This document shows positions 1-8,216 of a stretch of 64,000 bases of DNA, piece by piece (position 1 is the first letter of the stretch; every line of letters begins with the position of its first letter). Below the pieces are notes generated by a model. The model was given only the letters and a program-made list of their open reading frames with translations. It was not told the DNA's origin and did no database searches. Location: NCBI GenBank assembly GCA_963785245.1, contig CAWAUO010000022.1, positions 2,334 to 66,333 of the forward strand, in the 5' to 3' direction. Both the position numbers and the translations under genes were made by a program. The stretch is from an uncultured Actinomycetota bacterium (lineage in GTDB: Bacteria > Actinomycetota > Acidimicrobiia > Spongiisociales > UBA5794).

Positions 1-660
1 GCCATCGGCGAGATCGCTCGTTTCTATCGGCTCTGGCACCATGTCGATGCGGCGTACGCAGGCACCGCCATGATCTGCCCCGAGTTCCGCCGCCACCAGG
101 ACGGCCTCGAACTGGTCGACTCCTACACGTTCAACCCCCACAAGTGGATGTTCACGAACTTCGACTGCTCGCTGTTCTACGTCGCCGACCGGAAACCGCT
201 CCTCGAGGCGTTGAGCATCCTGCCGCCCTATCTGCTGAACAAGGCGACGGAGTCCGGGCAGGTCATCGACTACCGCGACTGGCATGTCCCGTTGGGGCGT
301 CGCTTCCGGTCGCTGAAGCTCTGGTTCGTGATGCGCTCCTATGGCGCCGAGGGCCTGCGACACCATATCCGCGAACACGTGGCGTTGGCATCCAGGCTCG
401 CCGAGCGGATCGAGGATCACCCGAGCCTGGAGATGGTTGCGCCGACCCCGTTCGGGCTCGTTTCGTTCCGGCACGTCGACGGTGATGCCGCAACCGATGC
501 GCTCGCTGAGGAGATCAACAGCGCGGGATGGGCATATCTCACCCCCTCGAAGCTCGATGGTAGGAGCTTCATCCGAGCCTCGATCGGCCAGACGACCACG
601 ACCGCGGACCACGTAGATCGCCTGTGGGAGTTGATCGACATGTCCGCCGGAGGCGGCTGA
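1..660 (+). CDS. Aromatic-L-amino-acid decarboxylase family (group II PLP-dependent decarboxylase), 5'-truncated by window edge
   Basis: Frame 1 open from base 1 (HVDAAYAG), PLP-lysine motif SYTFNPHKWM, DYRDWHVPLGRRFRSLKLWFV. Confidence 0.9.
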   Translation, partial: AIGEIARFYRLWHHVDAAYAGTAMICPEFRRHQDGLELVDSYTFNPHKWMFTNFDCSLFYVADRKPLLEALSILPPYLLNKATESGQVIDYRDWHVPLGRRFRSLKLWFVMRSYGAEGLRHHIREHVALASRLAERIEDHPSLEMVAPTPFGLVSFRHVDGDAATDALAEEINSAGWAYLTPSKLDGRSFIRASIGQTTTTADHVDRLWELIDMSAGGG

Positions 661-668
661 TCGTCCGG

Positions 669-696
669 GCTACTCCGCTACTCAGCCACTCCGCCA
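669..696 (+). repeat. Short tandem octamer repeat GCTACTCN
   Basis: gctactcc gctactca gccactcc gcca; same unit at 11323-11352 and 17910-17933. Confidence 0.6.
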
Positions 697-714
697 GGTA
701 ATACACTTCGATTT

Positions 715-2133
715 ATGGAACCGCTGATCACACCTCGGGAATCTGGACGGCTTGATCTTGTCGCGGAGGATCCGGCGGAGATGCTCATGGAGCGGGCTGG
801 CCTCGGCGTTGCGCTCGTCGCCGTCGAGATGGGGATCGGCTACGGGAACCGAGTCACGGTGCTCGCCGGCCGTGGCAACAACGGCGGCGATGGGTATGTC
901 GCGGCCAAATACCTTGCCCGCCGTGGCGTCGATGTGATCATCCACCCGTTCGGATATCCCCGGGGTGATGCCTCGCCCGCAAGGATGGCGGCGCTCGCTG
1001 CGGTGCGGGCAGGAGCCAGGATCGCGAGGCTCGGCGAGCCGGAACGTCCCGACCTGATCGTCGATGCCGTGTTCGGCGTCGGGTTCCGTGGAACCCTCCC
1101 TGCCGACGTCGTGCCGTGGACACTGCTCGATACGCCGCTCCTCGCCGTCGATGTGCCCTCGGGCCTCGACGCGGCATCCGGGACCGTCGAAGGCGTGGCG
1201 TTCTACGCCGACGTCACCGTCACGTTCCAGGCAGCCAAGACCGGTCACGTGCTCGGCGAAGGGCCCGAGAGGACCGGGGAACTGATCGTCTTCGACATCG
1301 GTCTCGGCGAGCCACGACCCGAGATGATGCTGTGCGAGGACATCGACGCTCCGATCCCGGTCAGGATGCGCCACGCCCACAAGTGGTCCGTTGGCTCGGT
1401 CGCGGTGGTTGGAGGGTCTCCCGGCATCACCGGCGCCGCGATGCTGACGGCTCAGTCCGCCCTTGCTGCAGGCGCCGGTGCTGCTGCCGTGGTGTGCCCC
1501 GGTGCGCTGCAAGCCACCTACGCCGCAATGGACCCGGGCGTTATGAACGTCGGTGTGGGAGCCGGAACCCGGTTCGAGCCGAACGACGCCGCTGCCGTGG
1601 TCGAGGCCGCCGGGCGCTACGACGTGCTTGCGGTTGGACCGGGCCTGGGCGCGGTCGACGAGGGGTTCGTCGTCGGTCTCCTCGACCGATGGGATGGACC
1701 GATTGTTCTCGATGCTGACGGGCTGAACGCGATCTCGGATGCCGCCGCTCTCGAGCGCCAGGCCGACACAGTGGTCACGCCGCACACCGGAGAGTTCGCT
1801 CGCCTCACGGGCGAATCACCCGATCACGAAGCGGCAGCCGCGTTGGCGAACCGAACCGGGGCAACGGTGCTGCTCAAGGGAAATCCGACCTTCGTCACCG
1901 ACGGCGAGGAGACCTGGGTCGTCACGTCCGGGGGACCGGAACTGGCAACAATCGGAACCGGAGACGTGCTCACCGGAATGGTTGCCGCCTACGTTGCCGG
2001 CGGCCTCCCTCCCACGGTGGCTGCCCGCTCCGCTGCCTTCCATCACGGCGAGGCTGCTGCAGTCCTCAGCGAGCAGCGAACCGTGACAGCAACGGCCCTC
2101 GTCAGCGCAGTCGCAGTGCATAGGCAGAGCTGA
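715..2133 (+). CDS. nnr: Bifunctional NAD(P)H-hydrate epimerase/dehydratase (YjeF)
   Basis: GRGNNGGDG epimerase motif, DVPSG, GPGLG, DADGL, TPHTGE, GTGDVL. Confidence 0.93.
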   Translation: MEPLITPRESGRLDLVAEDPAEMLMERAGLGVALVAVEMGIGYGNRVTVLAGRGNNGGDGYVAAKYLARRGVDVIIHPFGYPRGDASPARMAALAAVRAGARIARLGEPERPDLIVDAVFGVGFRGTLPADVVPWTLLDTPLLAVDVPSGLDAASGTVEGVAFYADVTVTFQAAKTGHVLGEGPERTGELIVFDIGLGEPRPEMMLCEDIDAPIPVRMRHAHKWSVGSVAVVGGSPGITGAAMLTAQSALAAGAGAAAVVCPGALQATYAAMDPGVMNVGVGAGTRFEPNDAAAVVEAAGRYDVLAVGPGLGAVDEGFVVGLLDRWDGPIVLDADGLNAISDAAALERQADTVVTPHTGEFARLTGESPDHEAAAALANRTGATVLLKGNPTFVTDGEETWVVTSGGPELATIGTGDVLTGMVAAYVAGGLPPTVAARSAAFHHGEAAAVLSEQRTVTATALVSAVAVHRQS

Positions 2134-2172
2134 CCAGGTCGTCTTTCTGGCGACTGGCGAATTACAACAGAG

Positions 2173-3756
2173 CTACTCGCCCTTCCCGTTCTCGGCTCCA
2201 TTCGCCCGAATCAACCCGATCACGATGCCGTCGCAGACGGCGCGCCACGAGGCGTCGATGATGTTCTGGTGGACACCGATGGTGCCCCACACGCCTGCGA
2301 TGTCGCTGTGCTGGCACAACACCCGAACCCGAGCCGCCGTCCCGTCCGACGAATCGAGGTCCCGCACGCGGTAGTCGGTCAGGTGGATCCTCGCGACCTG
2401 GGGGTAGCGGTCGGCGAGGGCCACGCGCAGCGCCAGGTCGAGAGCACCCACCGGACCGTCGCCCTCGCGGGTCGTCACGATTCGTTCTCCGTCGACGTGA
2501 ACCTTCACTGTTGCCTCGGCTACGACTTCGCCGTCACGATGCTCAACGAAGACCCGGTACGACTCGAGTTCGAAGAACGGCTGCGTCCAACCCTGGGCGT
2601 CACGAACGAGGAGTTCGAACGATCCGTCGGCTGCCTCGAAGTGGTAGCCCTCGTGTTCGAGTTCCTTGATACGGTCGACGACAACCTGCGCCTCGCTCGA
2701 CGAGAGAGCCAAACCGGTGTCTTGTGCCTTGGCGAGGATCGTCGAACGTCCGGCGAGTTCGGAGACAACGGTCCGTGTCGAGTTCCCGACCAACGCGGCC
2801 GGCATGTGCTCGTAGGCGTCGGGCCTGCGGGCGAGTGCTGAGGTGTGGAGGCCGGCCTTGTGGGTGAACGCAGAGACGCCGACGTACGGCAGGTGGTCGT
2901 CGAGGGTCAGGTTGATGATCTCGGCGATGTGATGGGACACCCGGGTGAGGTGCGGCAGGCGATCCTCAGGGATCGAGCTGTAGCCCATCTTGAGCGAGAC
3001 ATTCGGGATCACCGAGCAGAGGTCGGCGTTGCCGGTCCGCTCACCGTATCCGTTCACGCAGCCCTGGATTTGTGTGATGCCGGCGTTCGCCGCCGCGAGG
3101 CTGTTTGCCACCGCGGTGCTCGAGTCGTTGTGGAAGTGGCACCCGAGTGCAGCGCCGGGGATCGCGGCTGCGACTTCCCGGACGACGCGGTCCACATCGT
3201 GCGGCAGCGTCCCGCCGTTCGTGTCGCACAACACGAGTCGCTCGGCCCCGCTGTCGTGGGCGGCTCTCAGGGTGGCGAGAGCGAACTCGGGGTTCGTGCG
3301 GTAGCCGTCGAAGAAGTGCTCGGCATCGAAGAAGACCCGTCGGTCGACCGAACGGAGATGCTCGACCGAATCGCCGACCATCGCGATTGCTTCGGACAGT
3401 TCCGTGCGCAAGGCGTACTCGACGTGATAGTCCCATGACTTGCCGACGAGACACACCACCTCGGTCTCGGCGGCCACGAGTGCTGCGAGTTGGGCATCCT
3501 TGGCAGCCACCGCTCCGGCATGCCGAGTTGAGCCGAACGCCACGAGTGTCGATGTGTCGAAGTCGAGTTCCGTGCGTGCCCGGCGGAAGAATTCGTCATC
3601 CTTCGGGTTCGACCCGGGCCAGCCTCCCTCGACGTAGGCCACGCCCAGTTCGTCGAGCAGGCGGCTGATCGCCAGCTTGTCGCCGGCGGTCAGCGAGATG
3701 CCCTCCTGCTGGGTGCCGTCTCGCAGCGTGGTGTCGTAGATCTCGAGGGATTTCAT
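2173..3756 (-). CDS. cimA: Citramalate synthase
   Basis: DTTLRDGTQQEG, GGWPGSNPKD, HFHND, GYGERTGNADL, C-terminal regulatory domain GDGPVGALD. Confidence 0.88.
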   Translation of the reverse strand: MKSLEIYDTTLRDGTQQEGISLTAGDKLAISRLLDELGVAYVEGGWPGSNPKDDEFFRRARTELDFDTSTLVAFGSTRHAGAVAAKDAQLAALVAAETEVVCLVGKSWDYHVEYALRTELSEAIAMVGDSVEHLRSVDRRVFFDAEHFFDGYRTNPEFALATLRAAHDSGAERLVLCDTNGGTLPHDVDRVVREVAAAIPGAALGCHFHNDSSTAVANSLAAANAGITQIQGCVNGYGERTGNADLCSVIPNVSLKMGYSSIPEDRLPHLTRVSHHIAEIINLTLDDHLPYVGVSAFTHKAGLHTSALARRPDAYEHMPAALVGNSTRTVVSELAGRSTILAKAQDTGLALSSSEAQVVVDRIKELEHEGYHFEAADGSFELLVRDAQGWTQPFFELESYRVFVEHRDGEVVAEATVKVHVDGERIVTTREGDGPVGALDLALRVALADRYPQVARIHLTDYRVRDLDSSDGTAARVRVLCQHSDIAGVWGTIGVHQNIIDASWRAVCDGIVIGLIRANGAENGKGE

Positions 3757-3771
3757 GGTGTCGCTCCGGAT

Positions 3772-3800
3772 AGAGAAAACCCCCCGCTGGGCGGAGGGTT
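3772..3800 (-). terminator. Attenuator terminator hairpin of cimA leader
   Basis: Minus strand AACCCTCCGC-CCA-GCGGGGGGTT followed by TTCTCT, 16 nt upstream of cimA ATG. Confidence 0.75.
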
Positions 3801-3826
3801 ACGGGCGCACACGGAATCGTGTGCGC

Positions 3827-3862
3827 CTAGGTGATGATGATGGTGGTGGCTGGCCGGGTCAT
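3827..3862 (-). CDS. cimA leader peptide MTRPATTIIIT
   Basis: 11-codon ORF read by hand: ACC ACC ATC ATC ATC ACC TAG; followed by a perfect 10-bp hairpin (3804-3827) and a terminator. Confidence 0.8.
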   Translation of the reverse strand: MTRPATTIIIT

Positions 3863-3871
3863 GAGGTTGCG

Positions 3872-3900
3872 AGTATGGCCGGTTGTGTCCGCTCCGTCAA
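3872..3900 (-). promoter_or_regulatory. Sigma-A type promoter of cimA leader
   Basis: TTGACG (3900-3895), 17 bp, CATACT (3877-3872). Confidence 0.6.
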
Positions 3901-3998
3901 TGCCCGATCGCAGGAATGCCGGTGCCCAAGGGAGCGCTTCTTCCCGTTCGAAGGTGCACGTTGGCCGGAGTTGGATCCCGGTGACGAGCTGTCGCGTC

Positions 3999-4027
3999 TT
4001 GCCGCAACGACGGGCCGCCGGTATCGT
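3999..4027 (+). promoter_or_regulatory. Sigma-A type promoter of trpS leader (leaderless start)
   Basis: TTGCCG (3999-4004), 17 bp, TATCGT (4022-4027), 6 bp, ATG at 4034. Confidence 0.6.
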
Positions 4028-4033
4028 TCAGGC

Positions 4034-4072
4034 ATGAAGTCAACACACTCCTGGTGGCGTAGGAAGGGATAG
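4034..4072 (+). CDS. trpS leader peptide MKSTHSWWRRKG
   Basis: 12-codon ORF with tandem TGG TGG; TCCTGG/TGGCG can pair with GCGCCAGGA (4081-4089). Confidence 0.8.
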   Translation: MKSTHSWWRRKG

Positions 4073-4097
4073 GGTTCCGCGCGCCAGGAAGGTACCG

Positions 4098-4131
4098 ACG
4101 CCGGAGCCCCCGGGGCCCGGCGTTTCTTTGT
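4098..4131 (+). terminator. Attenuator terminator hairpin of trpS leader
   Basis: ACGCCGG-AGCCCC-C-GGGGC-CCGGCGT followed by TTCTTTGT, directly before AGGAGG RBS of trpS. Confidence 0.78.
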
Positions 4132-4142
4132 GAGGAGGAGCG

Positions 4143-5144
4143 GTGACAGAACAGGTGAAGAAGACGGTGTTCTCGGGGGTCCAGCCCTCGGGTGCCATGC
4201 ACCTCGGCGGCTATCTCGGTGCTTTCCGCAACTGGGTCGCGCTCCAGGATGACGATGCCTATGACGTGATCTACTGCGTCGTGGATCTCCACGCGATGAC
4301 GGTGCCGTACGACCCGGCCGAGTTCCATCGCCTCCGCCTCGAGACGGCCAAGGTGCTCCTCGCCATCGGAATCGACCCGGACCGGTCGTTGCTCTATATG
4401 CAGAGCCAGGTACCGCAACATGCCGAGCTGGCATGGATTCTCAGCACATTGACGCCGACCGGCGTGCTCAACCGTATGACGCAGTACAAGGACAAGCTGG
4501 ACAAGGGTATCCCGTCGAACCTCGGCCTCTACTCGTACCCGGTGCTGATGGCCGCTGATATCCTGCTGTACGGGGCCGACCTCGTCCCGGTGGGCGAGGA
4601 CCAGAAGCAGCATCTCGAGATGGCACGCGATCTCGCTGAACGGTTCAACAATCGGTTCGAGGTGGTGTTCCCGATCCCCGAACCGCTGATCCCTGAGACC
4701 TCAGCCCGTGTGATGTCGCTGGTTGAGCCGACCGCCAAGATGTCGAGTAGCGATGCGAATCCGAAGAACCGGATCAACCTGGACGACTCGCCAGACGTCA
4801 TTCGCAAGAAGGTCAAGTCCGCAGTTACCGATTCGGATCCAACGGTGCGCTACGACATCGCTGAGAAGCCCGGGATCTCGAACCTGCTCGAGATCATGTC
4901 GGCAACCACCGGTCGGTCGGTCGACGACCTCGCCGCGGAGTACGCAACCGGCGGGTACGGGCGGTTCAAGGAGGCGGTCGCCGAGGCGATCGTTGCAGAA
5001 CTCGCTTCAATTCGCGCCTCGCTTCAGAACCTCGATGATGCCGAGGTGGCCCGTCTGCTCCAGAAGGGCGCCCTCGACGCCCGCACGAGAGCCGAACGCC
5101 ATCAGCAGGATGTGCGCGACGCCGTAGGCCTCGGCCGCTTCTAG
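4143..5144 (+). CDS. trpS: Tryptophan--tRNA ligase
   Basis: FSGVQPSGAMHLGGYLG (HIGH-like), YPVLMAADIL, VPVGEDQKQH, KMSSS. Confidence 0.96.
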   Translation: MTEQVKKTVFSGVQPSGAMHLGGYLGAFRNWVALQDDDAYDVIYCVVDLHAMTVPYDPAEFHRLRLETAKVLLAIGIDPDRSLLYMQSQVPQHAELAWILSTLTPTGVLNRMTQYKDKLDKGIPSNLGLYSYPVLMAADILLYGADLVPVGEDQKQHLEMARDLAERFNNRFEVVFPIPEPLIPETSARVMSLVEPTAKMSSSDANPKNRINLDDSPDVIRKKVKSAVTDSDPTVRYDIAEKPGISNLLEIMSATTGRSVDDLAAEYATGGYGRFKEAVAEAIVAELASIRASLQNLDDAEVARLLQKGALDARTRAERHQQDVRDAVGLGRF

Positions 5145-5168
5145 CCCGCCCAATCCCGGGGTTGGCTG

Positions 5169-5196
5169 CTGGCGACTGGTGACCGGCGACTGGCTA
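5169..5196 (+). repeat. Short tandem heptamer repeat CTGGYGA
   Basis: ctggcga ctggtga ccggcga ctggcta; also 2147-2160, 43177-43204 and inverted at 17788-17808. Confidence 0.65.
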
Positions 5197-5242
5197 CTCT
5201 CACGAGCGCTGGCACCACCACCTATCTGAAGGGCGCTTCCTC

Positions 5243-6400
5243 GTGGAGATTGAGATTGGCATCGCGAAATCCGGTCGCCGGGCCTACGGGTTCGACGACA
5301 TCGCCATCGTCCCGTCGCGGCGGACCCGGGATCCCGAGGATGTCGACCTGAGCTGGGAGATGGATGCCTTCACCTTCGGGTTGCCGCTGCTTGCTGCAGG
5401 GATGGACTCCGCGGTCAGCCCGGCGACGGCGATCGAGATCTCACGACTCGGCGGCCTTGCCGTCCTCAACCTCGAGGGTCTCTGGACGAAGTATGAGGAT
5501 CCGCAGGCGATCTACGATGAGATCTCGTCGCTGCCCGATGACCAGGCGACCCTGCGGATGCAGGAGATGTACGCCGCCCCGGTCGATGCCGATCTGATTA
5601 CGCAGCGGGTGCGGGAGATGAAGGATGCGGGGATCATCACCGCAGCGAGCCTGACTCCGCAGCACGTGAGCCGATACATCGACGCCGCCAAGAAGGGTGG
5701 CCTGGACATCCTGGTCGTGCAGGGGACCGTCGTCTCCGCCGAACACGTGTCGTCGAAGACCGAACCCCTTGACCTCTTCGCGTTCATCCGCGAGGTCGAA
5801 ATGCCGGTGATTGTCGGCGGCGTTGCTTCCTACGCCGGAGCGCTCCACCTGATGCGGACCGGCGCAGTGGGCGTTCTGGTCGGGGTTGGGCCGGGTGCGG
5901 CGTGCACGACGCGGGCCGTTCTCGGACTCGGCGTACCTCAGGCGACCGCCATCGCGGATGCTGCCGGGGCCAGGACGCGATATCTGGAGGAGACGGGGCG
6001 ATACGTGCACGTGATCGCAGACGGTGGGATGCGAACGGGCGGCGACATCGCGAAGGCAATTGCGGTCGGCGCCGATGCCGTGATGCTCGGTTCGCCATTC
6101 GCTGCGACGGTCGAGGCGCCGGGGAACGGTGTCCACTGGGGGATGGCGACGTTCCATCCGACGCTCCCTCGCGGGTCCCGGGTCCGAGTCGGCACCCTTG
6201 GCACGCTCGAGGAGTTGCTCCTCGGTCCGGCTCACGAGAACGACGGGAAACGGAACCTCTTCGGGGCACTCCGCACATCGATGGCCACCACGGGGTACGC
6301 CGACGTCAAGGAGTTCCAGAAGGCCGAGGTCATGGTCGCTCCGGCCCTGCAGACCGAAGGTAAGCAACTGCAGCGGGCGCAGGGCGTGGGGATGGGCTGA
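5243..6400 (+). CDS. GuaB3-family IMP dehydrogenase-related protein
   Basis: [25 protein letters not shown]-terminus, [22 protein letters not shown]; no CBS domains. Confidence 0.9.
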   Translation: MEIEIGIAKSGRRAYGFDDIAIVPSRRTRDPEDVDLSWEMDAFTFGLPLLAAGMDSAVSPATAIEISRLGGLAVLNLEGLWTKYEDPQAIYDEISSLPDDQATLRMQEMYAAPVDADLITQRVREMKDAGIITAASLTPQHVSRYIDAAKKGGLDILVVQGTVVSAEHVSSKTEPLDLFAFIREVEMPVIVGGVASYAGALHLMRTGAVGVLVGVGPGAACTTRAVLGLGVPQATAIADAAGARTRYLEETGRYVHVIADGGMRTGGDIAKAIAVGADAVMLGSPFAATVEAPGNGVHWGMATFHPTLPRGSRVRVGTLGTLEELLLGPAHENDGKRNLFGALRTSMATTGYADVKEFQKAEVMVAPALQTEGKQLQRAQGVGMG

Positions 6401-6401
6401 C

Positions 6402-7967
6402 GTGGCGAGCGGAGCCACAGGCCACGCCTCGGACGGCGACTTCGATCGCGTGCTGGTCGTCGATTTCGGCGCCCAATACGCTCAGCTGATTGCTCGCCGC
6501 GTTCGTGAGGCTCACGTCTTCTCGGAGATCGTTCCCCGGGACATCACAGCCGCCGAGGTGGCGGCGCACGCTCCGGTCGGCATCATCCTGTCGGGCGGCC
6601 CGGCATCGGTCTACGAACCGGGTGCCTACGGCATCGATCGGGAGATCTTCGAACTCGGCATTCCGGTGCTCGGCATTTGCTACGGGCACCAGATTCTGGC
6701 GGACGGGTTGGGCGGAATCGTCGACCGCAACGATGTCGCCGAGTACGGGCCGGCCGATCTGACGGTCACCGGCGAGTCGACGCTCTTCGCCGGTCTTGCC
6801 GCAGAGCAGCCCGTGTGGATGAGTCACAGCGACGCCGTGAGCGAAGCGCCCCCGGGATTCGTTGTAACGGCTTCGACGGCCGAATCTCCGGTGGCCGCGA
6901 TGGAGAATCCGGAGCGCCGCCTCTACGGCGTGCAATTCCACCCTGAGGTCGGACATACGCCTCGCGGGCAGGAGATGCTGAAGCACTTCCTGTACACGGC
7001 GTGTCGCGCGCGGCCAACCTGGACCCACGTTGGAATCATCGAGCAGTCCGTCGCTGCGATCCGCGAGGAGGTTGGCGACGGCACAGTAATCTGTGGCCTC
7101 TCCGGCGGTGTCGACTCATCGGTCGCCGCTGCACTCGTCCACAAGGCGATCGGCGATCAACTCGTCTGCGTGTTCGTCGACCACGGTCTGCTCCGCAAGG
7201 GAGAAGCCGGGCAGGTCGAGGAGACGTTCCGTCGAACGTTCAACATGAATCTCATCCACCTGAGGGTCGAGGATCGATTCCTCGAGGCACTCGCAGGAGT
7301 CACCGATCCCGAACAGAAGCGGAAGATCATCGGCGAGACGTTCATTCGGGTGTTTGAGGACGTGGCGACGGATGTCGTCGATTCCGCCTATCTGGTGCAG
7401 GGCACGCTGTATCCCGATGTGATCGAGTCGGGGACGAAGGATGCCGCAAAGATCAAGAGTCATCACAATGTCGGCGGCCTGCCGGACGACATGGCGCTGT
7501 CGTTGATCGAACCGCTCCGTGATCTGTTCAAGGACGAGGTGCGCGCGGTCGGTGAGGAACTCGGCTTGCCCGAGGACATTGTCTGGCGGCAGCCGTTCCC
7601 TGGTCCGGGTCTTGCGGTCCGGATCATCGGTGATGTCACGAGGGAGCGACTCGACATCCTGCGTGCTGCCGACGCGATCGTGCTCGAGGAGATCCACAAG
7701 GCAGGGCTCTATCGGGAACTCTGGCAGACGTTCGGGGTGTTGCCGGCGATCCGGTCAGTCGGAGTCCAGGGAGACGGTCGCACGTACGCCTATCCGCTGA
7801 TTCTTCGGGCTGTCACCTCGGACGATGCCATGACCGCGGATTGGGCACGTCTGCCGTACGACGTGCTTGCGTCGATCTCGTCGCGTGTGATCAACGAGGT
7901 CCCGGGGATCAACCGCGTGGCCTACGACATCTCGTCGAAACCCCCCTCGACGATCGAGTGGGAGTAG
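6402..7967 (+). CDS. guaA: GMP synthase (glutamine-hydrolysing)
   Basis: [46 protein letters not shown]; start moved to GTG at 6402. Confidence 0.97.
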   Translation: MASGATGHASDGDFDRVLVVDFGAQYAQLIARRVREAHVFSEIVPRDITAAEVAAHAPVGIILSGGPASVYEPGAYGIDREIFELGIPVLGICYGHQILADGLGGIVDRNDVAEYGPADLTVTGESTLFAGLAAEQPVWMSHSDAVSEAPPGFVVTASTAESPVAAMENPERRLYGVQFHPEVGHTPRGQEMLKHFLYTACRARPTWTHVGIIEQSVAAIREEVGDGTVICGLSGGVDSSVAAALVHKAIGDQLVCVFVDHGLLRKGEAGQVEETFRRTFNMNLIHLRVEDRFLEALAGVTDPEQKRKIIGETFIRVFEDVATDVVDSAYLVQGTLYPDVIESGTKDAAKIKSHHNVGGLPDDMALSLIEPLRDLFKDEVRAVGEELGLPEDIVWRQPFPGPGLAVRIIGDVTRERLDILRAADAIVLEEIHKAGLYRELWQTFGVLPAIRSVGVQGDGRTYAYPLILRAVTSDDAMTADWARLPYDVLASISSRVINEVPGINRVAYDISSKPPSTIEWE

Positions 7968-8013
7968 CCGGCACCGGCACATCACCGATTTCGGGCGCGA
8001 TTGACCCTCCACA

Positions 8014-8146
8014 ACGCCGCGAACCCAGGGTTCTCCACCTCGTATATGACGCCGACAGCCCGCGGATTGGACCGGTGCGATGACCCATCCGATTCTGTGG
8101 GCTCACGGCGCCAAATAGAAGGCGGAGAACCCTGGGTTCAAGGCGT
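8014..8146. repeat. 133-bp long inverted-repeat element (MITE/REP-like), copy 1
   Basis: GAACCCAGGGTTCTCC...GGAGAACCCTGGGTTC termini; homologous to 46738-46870 and 62828-62960. Confidence 0.9.
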
Positions 8147-8216
8147 AGTCCTCAAGGCGCCCCCGCCGGTGGTCGATACCTGCTGCACAGCATTGCGCGC
8201 AGTCTGAGGTACATCC

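Noticed and set aside
682-1785. Long antisense and alternative-frame ORFs throughout the track (for example 682-1785, 19969-21408, 51853-53316)
   Set aside because: They shadow well-supported genes, carry no recognisable motifs, and are expected in high-GC DNA
4040-4131. T-box riboswitch upstream of trpS
   Set aside because: No GGTGGNACC antiterminator bulge or long stem I; the Trp-Trp leader ORF explains the structure better
5243-6400. guaB3 beside guaA without canonical guaB
   Set aside because: Canonical guaB may lie elsewhere in the genome; cannot be judged from one window
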